Below are positions 20,667 to 29,032 of a stretch of DNA of 64,000 nt, piece after piece. The DNA is taken from contig JAKQPS010000113.1 of assembly GCA_029564595.1 (NCBI GenBank), positions 32,227-96,226 on the forward strand, in the 5' to 3' direction. Origin of the DNA: a bacterium (GTDB lineage Bacteria > UBP15 > UBA6099). The translations under genes were made by a program, and so were the position numbers. The notes below the pieces were generated by a model that was given only the letters and a program-made list of their open reading frames with translations, did no database searches and had not been told where the DNA came from. The stretch's first letter is position 1. Every line of letters begins with the position of its first letter.

Positions 20667-20808
20667 TCGTTATCCGTCCACTAATATGCACTATCGTTGC
20701 CAAGGTCGTTACTCATCATTGCCAAGACCGTTACTCATCGTTGCCCGCCCACTAATATCCACTATCGTTGCCAAGTCCGTTACACATCGTTGCCAAGGTC
20801 GTTATTCA
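20667..20808. repeat. 2 x 71 bp tandem repeat made of three 22-27 bp sub-repeats (TCGTTGCCAAGGTCGTTACTCA type), iteron-like
   Basis: Seen directly. Units at 20667, 20694, 20716, 20738, 20765, 20787. The overlapping ORF 20602..20994 simply translates the repeats. Confidence 0.8.
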
Positions 20809-20809
20809 T

Positions 20810-20901
20810 CGTTGCCAAGGTCTCCTTGGCAACGCAGAACCAATGACAATGAAAGCGGAGCTTCCGGCTCATCCGTTACCAAGGCAACCTTGGTAACGAT
20901 G
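20810..20901. repeat. Two REP-like palindromes (cgttgccaagg-tct-ccttggcaacg at 20810-20834; atccgttaccaagg-caa-ccttggtaacgatg at 20871-20901)
   Basis: Perfect 11-14 bp inverted arms around a 3-bp spacer. Confidence 0.8.
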
Positions 20902-20978
20902 AAAGAATTACTGTATTCTAGCATCAATCACGCATCCCCTGACAATTGCCGCATGCTAATAAGCGTTACCTTGTCATC

Positions 20979-22145
20979 TTACGAAGATGATTGATTGCGT
21001 TTTATCCATCCATATCCATGATTTTTGCTGATACTATTTGCGACATCCAGTATAATGCGTAAGTCTGTTGTAGGATAATTATTCATCAATTCTACGATTG
21101 GAACACATGTCTGCTTACTATCATCCGTGTTTAATATACTATCAGTAGAAACATCGATTGTATTCTGTTCATAATTTCTTAAAAACCAATTCTCCATTAC
21201 TAACCTCAACATTTGATTTTCAAACAGATATTTTATCCTATCATTTTTTGATATCGTATTATCCATCTTCAGCGCTTCTACGATTTTGCTTTGAGATTGG
21301 TCATCAAGTCCAACACTAGTGTGTTTTGTGATACCCCTAATAAAATATTCGTATGAGACAAAATGAATATCCTTGCCAGTTTCTGCTTTATACTCTTTAC
21401 GAAGTTCAGGTCTTGGACCGATTCTTTGTCCATTGATAAGTAGCCACCAGTCTTCTTTGTCATCTTGAGTGACAAATAATGTATGCTGGTTACGCTTACC
21501 CATTTCATTTATTGTTTGTTTCCAAATTAAGAAATCTCCATATTTATTTTCTCCTTCTTTATTATTGTCACAATAACCGGGCGGCGTTTTTTTAGAATAT
21601 CTACCATCTGCTTCTTTAAACAAATCTCTCAAATCATCGTCATTGAAATGTTGTCCGATACGACCTCGCATAATGCATATTATCCTGTCCAAATAAGGGT
21701 CTTTGTATCTTGATATAGGATATTTTTCAATGTCATCCTTAATTCTTTTTTTAGCTTCAGATAACACCTTCTCTATGTTTTTGTTTAACTCATCCCATTG
21801 TATTACCGAATTTGATCCTTGAGATCCATCAATACTGTTGATAATGTTTTTTAATACTACATCGATATCGTTAAAATATTTGCTAACTTTCTTTGCTTCC
21901 GTTATTTGATCGTCTATTAATTTAATCCGGGCATCGAAAAACTCCTTTGCAACCTGATGTGGCACCCATATCCTTCCTAATATCTTCTCGTTTTCAATTG
22001 TTTTTATAAGACCTTCCCTTTCTTTTGTTTGAAGCCGATAAATATTTAAGTAAATATTCGTATCAAATATTATAGTTCCATTGTTCCAAATATCTTTTAA
22101 CTCATCTTCTGAAAGCGGCCACAAATGCTTAAACTGGTCAGGCAT
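20979..22145 (-). CDS. PIN-like nuclease-domain protein (388 aa) on an AT-rich cassette
   Basis: N-terminal PIN-like acidic motifs (IIFDTNIYLN, YGDFLIWKQ, FVTQDDKEDWW). Gene GC about 33% against about 60% in the flanks. Confidence 0.55.
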   Translation of the reverse strand: MPDQFKHLWPLSEDELKDIWNNGTIIFDTNIYLNIYRLQTKEREGLIKTIENEKILGRIWVPHQVAKEFFDARIKLIDDQITEAKKVSKYFNDIDVVLKNIINSIDGSQGSNSVIQWDELNKNIEKVLSEAKKRIKDDIEKYPISRYKDPYLDRIICIMRGRIGQHFNDDDLRDLFKEADGRYSKKTPPGYCDNNKEGENKYGDFLIWKQTINEMGKRNQHTLFVTQDDKEDWWLLINGQRIGPRPELRKEYKAETGKDIHFVSYEYFIRGITKHTSVGLDDQSQSKIVEALKMDNTISKNDRIKYLFENQMLRLVMENWFLRNYEQNTIDVSTDSILNTDDSKQTCVPIVELMNNYPTTDLRIILDVANSISKNHGYGWIKRNQSSS

Positions 22146-22325
22146 AAATCACCGTATTCTTAAAATTATTGCATATCTCAAAACACACTCTGTGACGACT
22201 AATATAATATATTAAATCTAATTGTCAGTAAATACAACAAGCAACATGATAAGATCGAATAGCAACATAAGAATTCGTCTCTATTCACTCGATTCGCATC
22301 TATTACAGCAGAGCCATGTTTACTC

Positions 22326-22355
22326 ATCGTTACCAAGGTGACCTTGGTAACGATG
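22326..22355. repeat. REP-like palindrome catcgttaccaagg-tga-ccttggtaacgatg (partner of the 20871-20901 copy)
   Basis: Perfect 14-bp arms. Closes the AT-rich cassette. Confidence 0.8.
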
Positions 22356-22439
22356 AAAATATTGTGTCGTTCATTGTGGCGGGTTCACGCTCCCGTGCGT
22401 GGCTTTCAAACCCGGTGCGGGCGCGCGAAATAAAAGAAA

Positions 22440-22490
22440 ATGGGGACAATCAGCGCGGTTTTTCGCGATGGGTGTCCCCTTTTTTCGGTT
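22440..22490 (-). terminator. Intrinsic terminator after the GRE operon (hairpin ggggaca..tgtcccc with U-runs on both sides)
   Basis: Stem-loop followed by T-runs in both orientations. Lies 30 nt downstream of the ACAD stop. Confidence 0.55.
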
Positions 22491-22519
22491 CTGTTATAAC
22501 TGCTCGCTGCCGATTCAGT

Positions 22520-23719
22520 TCACAGCAGGGCCATGCCTTTGATGGTCATTATCTCGTTTGTGGCGTCCATGATTTGCAGCAGTTTTGCGTCTCGCATGTA
22601 TTTCTCCAAGTTGTATTCTTTGGAGATGCCGTAACCGCCGAGTATCTGGACCATTTCAACGGTGTGCTTCATTGCAAGGTTGGTGGCAAAGACGCGGGCG
22701 GCGGCGGAAAGCTTGAGGTCGCCCATGAATTTGTTGGCGAGCGTCCAAGAGGCTTTCCAGAGGAGTCCGCGCGCGGCTTCTATCGCCTGATACGCCTCGA
22801 ACAGCCTGAAGCCTATTGCCTGATGCTGGAATATCGGTTTGCCGAACTGCACTCGCTCTTTGGCGTACTGCAACGCTTCTTCATACGCGGCGCGCATCAG
22901 CCCGACAGCCAGATATCCGACGCCGATGTTGCCGACTGTCTTTATCGCGTTGTGGATGGTGGGATAGCCGTCTCCGGGCGGCATTATCATGTTGCCCTCC
23001 GGGATGCGCGCGCCGTCGAAGCACACTTCGCCCTGATTCAACGCTCTCATGCCCAGCTTGTCCATGGATTTGCCGCGTTCGACGCCCTGCCCCAGCGGAA
23101 CAAGAAAAACGCCTGAACCTTTTATCCCCTTCGACGGGTCCACGCAGGCGAACACGAGGAACAGGTCGGCTATGCTGCCGTTGCTGACGAAGCTGGATTT
23201 TGCTCCGGTGATGACGTATTCGGAGCCTTCTTTTTTCGCGGATGTTTCGTGATGGACGCACGGGTCGTAGTAATTGCTGCCGTCCGAGCCGATGTTGCCT
23301 TCGGAGCTGCCCCATGCGGATATGTGCTCGGCTTTGGTGTCATCGCAGTAAGGAACGACATGTTTTTCGATGAGTTCTTTTTTGCCGCCGGCAAGAACGC
23401 TGAGGAACGCGGGGGCGACCATTCCGGCGAGCAGAGTGGCGGGAATGCCCACGCCGCCGACAGCGAGTTCTTCCCAGACCAGCGCGGTGCTAAGCGGGTC
23501 AAGCCCAAGCCCGCCGTGCTGGACGTTTATCGTCATCTTATGGAATCCCAACTCGTAAGCCTGCCTTAAAGTGTTCCTGAATTCAGGGCTGGCGTATGCC
23601 TCGTCCGGATTCTGCATTTTATCTATGGCAAGCTCGGCGGGCCTTATCACCTCGCGGGCGAACTTCTTTGCCATCTTCTGCAACTCAAGCTGTTCCTGCG
23701 TCGGTTTGAAATCAATCAT
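22520..23719 (-). CDS. Acyl-CoA dehydrogenase family protein
   Basis: ACAD fold throughout (C-terminal helical domain, conserved catalytic region). 4-nt overlap with the upstream gene. Confidence 0.85.
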   Translation of the reverse strand: MIDFKPTQEQLELQKMAKKFAREVIRPAELAIDKMQNPDEAYASPEFRNTLRQAYELGFHKMTINVQHGGLGLDPLSTALVWEELAVGGVGIPATLLAGMVAPAFLSVLAGGKKELIEKHVVPYCDDTKAEHISAWGSSEGNIGSDGSNYYDPCVHHETSAKKEGSEYVITGAKSSFVSNGSIADLFLVFACVDPSKGIKGSGVFLVPLGQGVERGKSMDKLGMRALNQGEVCFDGARIPEGNMIMPPGDGYPTIHNAIKTVGNIGVGYLAVGLMRAAYEEALQYAKERVQFGKPIFQHQAIGFRLFEAYQAIEAARGLLWKASWTLANKFMGDLKLSAAARVFATNLAMKHTVEMVQILGGYGISKEYNLEKYMRDAKLLQIMDATNEIMTIKGMALL

Positions 23720-24486
23720 TTCTCGAACCCCCAGTCAGTTCTTGCGAACGAGTAAGGAAGGAAAGCGTCCGGGTCGGCCTCGCCGACGACTTCGCCGGGA
23801 TGCATGATGGTGTCGCTTGTGAAGAAATATGCCGCCACCGGGCGCTTGCAGACGATTTCGCTCCAAGAGTCGTGCGCGGAAGGCTCGAATGTGATTTTGC
23901 CCATGCCCATCTCGAAAGAATGATAGACGATTTCCGTCCGCTGCCTGACGAGAAGAATCGGGCCGTCGAAGCCGGGTTTGAGGTCGGCGCGGGGCATGAA
24001 CTTGAAGAGGAAACTGGGGCCGACTTTGAGTGGCGGCTCGGCCATTTTGACAGCCAGTTCAGCCCTGATGGTCGCGAATCTAACACCTCTGCGCTCGACG
24101 GTTCCTTCGACAACTTTGTCTTCGCGGTTCAGAGTTATCTTCGCGGTTTTCTTCGGGAATCCGTAGATTTCCCGTCCGTTGAAAATCCGGTCGTCGTCGC
24201 CGTCGAGGGGCATGGACAGGCAGTAGTTGCCGACCTCGCCTTTATATTGGCACCTGATGAAAAGAGCGCACTCCCTGTATCCCGGCCCGAGGTTCGTGTC
24301 CGGAAAGTTCGAGATATAGGAAAGCGCCCACGGCTCGGCCGCAGGCTCCAATGGAGGCGGCAGAAGTTTCGCTATCACATCCGCTTCCGTCTCGTACATG
24401 ATGCCGAGCATCTGCGCCCCGTCGAACCTTCGTGTTGCGAATCCATAATAATTTTCAATTTCCTCTTTGCTTCTGATGAACCCCAT
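23716..24486 (-). CDS. Acetoacetate decarboxylase (ADC)-family protein
   Basis: 256 aa, ADC-like fold. Start chosen at MGFIRSKEE because of a strong GAGGAGG Shine-Dalgarno. The longer ORF in the track is a GC-rich extension. Confidence 0.7.
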   Translation of the reverse strand: MGFIRSKEEIENYYGFATRRFDGAQMLGIMYETEADVIAKLLPPPLEPAAEPWALSYISNFPDTNLGPGYRECALFIRCQYKGEVGNYCLSMPLDGDDDRIFNGREIYGFPKKTAKITLNREDKVVEGTVERRGVRFATIRAELAVKMAEPPLKVGPSFLFKFMPRADLKPGFDGPILLVRQRTEIVYHSFEMGMGKITFEPSAHDSWSEIVCKRPVAAYFFTSDTIMHPGEVVGEADPDAFLPYSFARTDWGFEK

Positions 24487-24563
24487 TTCCCAACCTCCTC
24501 TTAGTGTTTGAGCCGTCCGCTCGAAGCTTTCTACAGCCGTTCGCGTCCGGATTTTATTTGCTT

Positions 24564-27137
24564 TTAGGCGATATACTGCTCTGTGCGGGCTATCACCTCG
24601 TCCTGAATCTCCCTGCCGAGTTCGGTGAAATAAGCGCTGTATCCGCCGACTTTCACTATCAGGTCGCGGTGCGCGTCCGGGTCTTGCTGGGCTTCGCGCA
24701 TGGTTTCGGAAGACACGACGGTGGGCTGCAACTGAGCGCCGCCCATCTTGAAATATGCGCGTATGAGCGCGGCCCATTTCTTCCTCGCTTCTTGCGTTCC
24801 GCCGACGGCGGAGGGATGAAACTTCATGTTCACCGCCGCGCCTAGTATCTGCGTAAAATCAAGCGAGGCGACCGACCGCATAGCCGCAGTCACGCCATTC
24901 TTTTCGACGTTGTATGGATTGCAGCTCGCGGCGTACGGGGTCGCTGCGCGGCGTCCGTCGGGCGTGGCTATGGACAGCCTGCCGTCTATCGTGTGAGTGG
25001 TCATGCTTATCACGTACGGGACGAAGACACCGCCCCGGCTGGTCTTGTATTTGTAAGTTTCATCGAACATCGCGTTTGTCACCCGCCGCGCCAACTCGTC
25101 TGTCTCCGCGAAACCGTTCCCCCATTTTCCTTCAATTCCGGCTATCTCGCGCCGAAGGTCCTCGAGTCCGGCATAGTTCACGTTTATCGCCTCGATTATT
25201 TCGCGGAGCGCGAACTTGCGTTTTTCGAAAACGAGTTTTTTTATCACTAGAAGAGAGTCGGAAACGTTGGCGATGCTGTTAATGAAGGAAATGCCGCTGA
25301 GGTCGTACAGAGCGCCGCCGTTGACGACATCCCTGCCCTTTTCCGCGCATCCCTGCATGAACGCCGAGATCAGAGGAGCGGGAAGCATGTCGGCGAAGAC
25401 ATCGTCCTTGATATTCGACGCGTCGGCGATGAGTTTTATCTGATGCCGCGCCTGCTTGAGAAAAGCATCCTCGAAACTCTCGTAAGAGTCGAACGATTCA
25501 GGCTCGCCGGTCTTGAGTCCGACGTTTTTGATAAGGCCCATCATGGTGAGCGAGTTGCCGTTGCGCAAAGTTAGGTCGAGCAGCCGGGAAAGAAGAAGAG
25601 CCGAGGCGCTCATGCCGCCGGTCTTGCCCGGACACAGCATCTCGACGCAGCCCATCACGGCGTAGTCGCGGGCGTCAGCGTCGGAAAAACCGTGCCGCCG
25701 CATCGACTCGACATTGATATCGTCGTTGAAAAGAGAAATATTCGAGCCGCCCGTGAAAACCGCTTCCGCCGCCGCCGGAAGCAAGTCTTCAGGAGAATCC
25801 TTGTGCACGCGGAGAGAAACGTTGGTCACCGCTTTGGCTCTCGCGGCCGCTTCCAAGAACAGATAAGTCAATTCGTTTGTGCCGTCCGTCCCATCGGGTT
25901 TCACCCCGCCCACTGTGACAGGCGATGAACCGAGGAACCGGTGATAGAAATTGCTCAGCATGTTCGATTCCGGGCGTATGTTCTGGGACATTGTTTTGAG
26001 CAAAAGCTCTTCGAGCGCCGCGCGCGCTTCCTCCCGCGTTATTACTCCGGCCTCGATGTCTTTTTTGTAATAAGGATAAAATATCTGATCCATCCTGCCG
26101 AAGCTGTGGAGGTTGACCGGATGAGCAAGCTCCACCGCCGTCTTGACCGTCCACGCCGCTTGAACAGCCTGCATGAAAGTCTCCGACGGCATCAAGGGAG
26201 CGGTTTTGCAGTTTTCCAATGCGGCGCGAAGAGCGACTCTGCATTCCGGGACAAGTTCGTCTTCGAGCGCGGCTTTAACGGCGTCTGCCAGCCTGCGCGC
26301 GAAAACAATGGCGCCGTCTAGAGCCATTTCAACAGAGCGGTGAAAAGCCCGCGTTTCATCGTCCGCCGCAGCCGCGATCCTTTGCGCGGCCTCTTCCTTC
26401 ATCTTTAAAAGCCCTTTTTTTACTACCGTGTCGAAATCAATTATCACGTGCCCCTGATAAGAGGATATCGTCGAGCAGATCGACACCATCATAGTCTGCC
26501 GGGAGGTGATAGTTGGCAGCGCGAGACTGAATTCCCGCATGTCGTCGCCGAGCAGACCTGACGACATCAACCGACGGTCTACCTCTTCGACGACCGTTTT
26601 TCCCTCCCAGAACGGAAGAAGCTCGTTTACAAGAACTTTCCTGTCTTCCGGATCAATCACATATCTATTTATCTCGCGCTCGTCCATCGTTTTTATTTCA
26701 AGGTTCATGGGCTGCTGCCCGGCGGCGCGGGACGCTTTCATGTTTCGCGCGAAATCCCGCAGACCGCGTTTGCCGACAAGATACGAAAGAGCGCCGCCTA
26801 GAGACTTGAATCTGAATCTCATTATCGATCCGCGCGCAAGCTCGGTTTTAAAAACCCCGTTGAACACTCCCCGCTCAATGTCGATTGGGATGCCCATGAA
26901 ATCTTCCGTCCAGTATCCCGCGATGAGGTCTTCCGGCTCGACATGCATGTCCATGTTTTCATACACGTTCTTCATAGCGAGAGCCACGCGCTCGCCTGCG
27001 GTCAGTCCGGAGCCTTCCGTCTTCCTCCAGCTTTCGGTGTAATATTTCGCGCGCTGGATTGAAATCTTCGGAGTCTCCAGAATATACCTGTCGCGCAACT
27101 CGGCAATCCGGTTTTTGTTTTTCTCAAGAGTCAGCAT
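24564..27137 (-). CDS. Glycyl radical enzyme, PFL2/glycerol-dehydratase family
   Basis: N-terminus resembles CutC/GDH/HypD-type enzymes (RAKYYTESWRKTEG). Active-site Cys in MGCVEML. C-terminal glycyl-radical motif VKVGGYSAYF. Confidence 0.9.
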   Translation of the reverse strand: MLTLEKNKNRIAELRDRYILETPKISIQRAKYYTESWRKTEGSGLTAGERVALAMKNVYENMDMHVEPEDLIAGYWTEDFMGIPIDIERGVFNGVFKTELARGSIMRFRFKSLGGALSYLVGKRGLRDFARNMKASRAAGQQPMNLEIKTMDEREINRYVIDPEDRKVLVNELLPFWEGKTVVEEVDRRLMSSGLLGDDMREFSLALPTITSRQTMMVSICSTISSYQGHVIIDFDTVVKKGLLKMKEEAAQRIAAAADDETRAFHRSVEMALDGAIVFARRLADAVKAALEDELVPECRVALRAALENCKTAPLMPSETFMQAVQAAWTVKTAVELAHPVNLHSFGRMDQIFYPYYKKDIEAGVITREEARAALEELLLKTMSQNIRPESNMLSNFYHRFLGSSPVTVGGVKPDGTDGTNELTYLFLEAAARAKAVTNVSLRVHKDSPEDLLPAAAEAVFTGGSNISLFNDDINVESMRRHGFSDADARDYAVMGCVEMLCPGKTGGMSASALLLSRLLDLTLRNGNSLTMMGLIKNVGLKTGEPESFDSYESFEDAFLKQARHQIKLIADASNIKDDVFADMLPAPLISAFMQGCAEKGRDVVNGGALYDLSGISFINSIANVSDSLLVIKKLVFEKRKFALREIIEAINVNYAGLEDLRREIAGIEGKWGNGFAETDELARRVTNAMFDETYKYKTSRGGVFVPYVISMTTHTIDGRLSIATPDGRRAATPYAASCNPYNVEKNGVTAAMRSVASLDFTQILGAAVNMKFHPSAVGGTQEARKKWAALIRAYFKMGGAQLQPTVVSSETMREAQQDPDAHRDLIVKVGGYSAYFTELGREIQDEVIARTEQYIA

Positions 27138-27164
27138 CGTTAGTCTCCCTCGCGCGGTCGCGCT

Positions 27165-27839
27165 TCAACCGTCCAGAACCGACGCGTCGGCAAACTTGTC
27201 CAGCATTGCGTCGACCACCATCCTGACATGCTCCCTGCGTTCGGCCAGCGCGCTTTTAGCCAGAGGATCGCCCTTCCACAGCAACTCAAGCGCGGGCGCG
27301 TATGTGTAGTAATTTATCGCCAACCCGAACAGAGTGACGAAAAAATGTCTGGGCGCGACAGCCCCGCCGCCGGGCAGCAAAGCCCCGAACGCGACCTCTC
27401 CCCACCTCTGCAACGGCTCCATGTATTGCGCTATTTTCTCCAAACTCTGCGACCTAGAACATATCTCTCTCTGAATAAGCCGCGCGTAACCGGGATTCAA
27501 CTCCACGAAATCCAGATACGCTTCCATTCCGGCGTGAACCTTCTGCCTCGCAGTCCCTCCCGCGGTCAATGCGCCTATCAATGCCTGCGCCTGCGACTTG
27601 TAGTAAACGTCCAACACGTTGTCAAACAGGTTCTTTTTGCTTTCGAAATAATAGAACACAAGAGCTTTCGCGACTCCCGCCTTCTCCGCAATGTCGTTAA
27701 CGCTCACTCCGTCGTGTCCGCGCTCTATAAACAACTCTTCCGCCGCCCTGAAAATCTTTTCTCTTGCGTCCGGCTCGGACACCTTCGCTTCATTTTCGGT
27801 GACGACGTCTTTTTTCGTTAGTGTGTTCATCTTAATCAC
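27165..27839 (-). CDS. TetR/AcrR-family transcriptional regulator
   Basis: HTH region GHDGVSVNDIAEKAGVAKALVFYYF. GTG start at 27839, or ATG at 27830. Confidence 0.85.
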   Translation of the reverse strand: MIKMNTLTKKDVVTENEAKVSEPDAREKIFRAAEELFIERGHDGVSVNDIAEKAGVAKALVFYYFESKKNLFDNVLDVYYKSQAQALIGALTAGGTARQKVHAGMEAYLDFVELNPGYARLIQREICSRSQSLEKIAQYMEPLQRWGEVAFGALLPGGGAVAPRHFFVTLFGLAINYYTYAPALELLWKGDPLAKSALAERREHVRMVVDAMLDKFADASVLDG

Positions 27840-27878
27840 CGCCGAAACAGTCGGAGCGCATAATTATTTGCGAACATC

Positions 27879-27924
27879 TTGACCGAATGGTCAACTCCTG
27901 TCATTATGTTAACCGAGCGGTCAA
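27879..27924. promoter_or_regulatory. Two tandem palindromic operator candidates: TTGACCgaatGGTCAA and TTAACCgagcGGTCAA
   Basis: Perfect and near-perfect 6-4-6 inverted repeats in the divergent promoter region between the TetR and SDR genes. Confidence 0.5.
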
Positions 27925-28015
27925 AGACTGTCAAGACATATCGCCGAATTTAACCTAACCTTTCGCAAATGCTGGAAATAACAAGGTTAGATCGGCGGCA
28001 GGGAGGATGAATAAT

Positions 28016-29032
28016 ATGAAAGCGCTTGTCACTGGAGCAGACGGGCTTCTTGGAGGCAACCTAGTCCGGGAAATGATAGAAAGAGGAATCGAAGCGCGGG
28101 CGATAGTGCATCCGAAAAGCCTGTCTCGCACTCTCGACGGTCTTCCGATAGAGCGAATAACCGGAGACATCCTTGACGCCGGAGAGTTGGCAGAAGCGGC
28201 AAAGGGATGCGACGCGGTGTTCCATGTCGCGGCGTCCACCGCTCTCTGGCCGCCCAAGTCTCCCATAATCACCGCCGTGAATGTGGAAGGCACGCGGAAT
28301 ATGCTGGACGCGGCGGTCAAAGCGGGCGTGAAGAGGTTCGTCCATGTCGGTTCCGCCAGTTCGTTCGGGTATGGAACCAAAGAGCGGCCCGGAGACGAGT
28401 CGACTCCTTTTAAATACGCTGATTTCGGTCTAGCCTATTTTGATTCCAAGCTGGAAGCTCAAAGAATCGCGTTGAAGCACGCCGCCGACGGCAAGCTGGA
28501 CGTTGTGGTGGTGAATCCGACATTTATGATAGGCCCGTTCGATTCCGGCCCCAGTTCAGGGAAAATGATTTCTAAATTCGCCGAAATGAGGCCGCCGTTC
28601 TACCCGCCGGGAGGCCGCAACTTCATACACGCGCGAGACGCGGCAAAAGGAATGCTTGCGGCGTGCGAGCGAGGACGGACCGGGGAATGTTACCTTCTGG
28701 GCAACAGGAATATGGATATGAAGGAATTTTTCAGCGAGGTCGCGCGCGTGGCGGGCTTCAAGCCGCCCGCGCTTGAGATTCCCAAAGAGATAATGATGAT
28801 TGCCGGGGCCGCCGGATCGGCTATTAGCAACATAACCGGAAAGCAGCCTGAACTATCCTATGAAATGGCCCGCAGTTCGTGTGTCGGCGCGTATTATAGC
28901 GCCGCGAAGGCGGTCAGAGAGCTTGCCCTGCCGCAGACGCCGATAGAGACGGCGGTGGAGGAAGCGTACGAATGGCTCGCCGAAAACGGGCACATCAAGA
29001 GCGCGCGAGGTCGCGCCGGAAAGAGGCGATGA
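28016..29032 (+). CDS. NAD(P)-dependent epimerase/dehydratase-family oxidoreductase (extended SDR)
   Basis: Rossmann motif VTGADGLLGGNL. Catalytic Y..K region. Confidence 0.75.
   Translation: MKALVTGADGLLGGNLVREMIERGIEARAIVHPKSLSRTLDGLPIERITGDILDAGELAEAAKGCDAVFHVAASTALWPPKSPIITAVNVEGTRNMLDAAVKAGVKRFVHVGSASSFGYGTKERPGDESTPFKYADFGLAYFDSKLEAQRIALKHAADGKLDVVVVNPTFMIGPFDSGPSSGKMISKFAEMRPPFYPPGGRNFIHARDAAKGMLAACERGRTGECYLLGNRNMDMKEFFSEVARVAGFKPPALEIPKEIMMIAGAAGSAISNITGKQPELSYEMARSSCVGAYYSAAKAVRELALPQTPIETAVEEAYEWLAENGHIKSARGRAGKRR

Noticed and set aside
20667-20834. Possible CRISPR array
   Set aside because: The repeat units are directly adjacent with no unique spacers, there is a higher-order 71-bp periodicity, and there are no cas genes. 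This is not a CRISPR.
20602-20994. 130-aa plus-strand ORF with internally repeated HYRCQGRYSSLPRP segments
   Set aside because: It is simply the translation of the 71-bp tandem DNA repeats and palindromes. No Shine-Dalgarno, no coding periodicity beyond the repeat.
24487-24777. N-terminal 97-aa extension of the ADC-family ORF (MGRAHTRIFQ...)
   Set aside because: The extension is Arg-rich and low-complexity. A strong GAGGAGG Shine-Dalgarno precedes the internal ATG at 24486, and the resulting 256-aa product matches ADC-family length.
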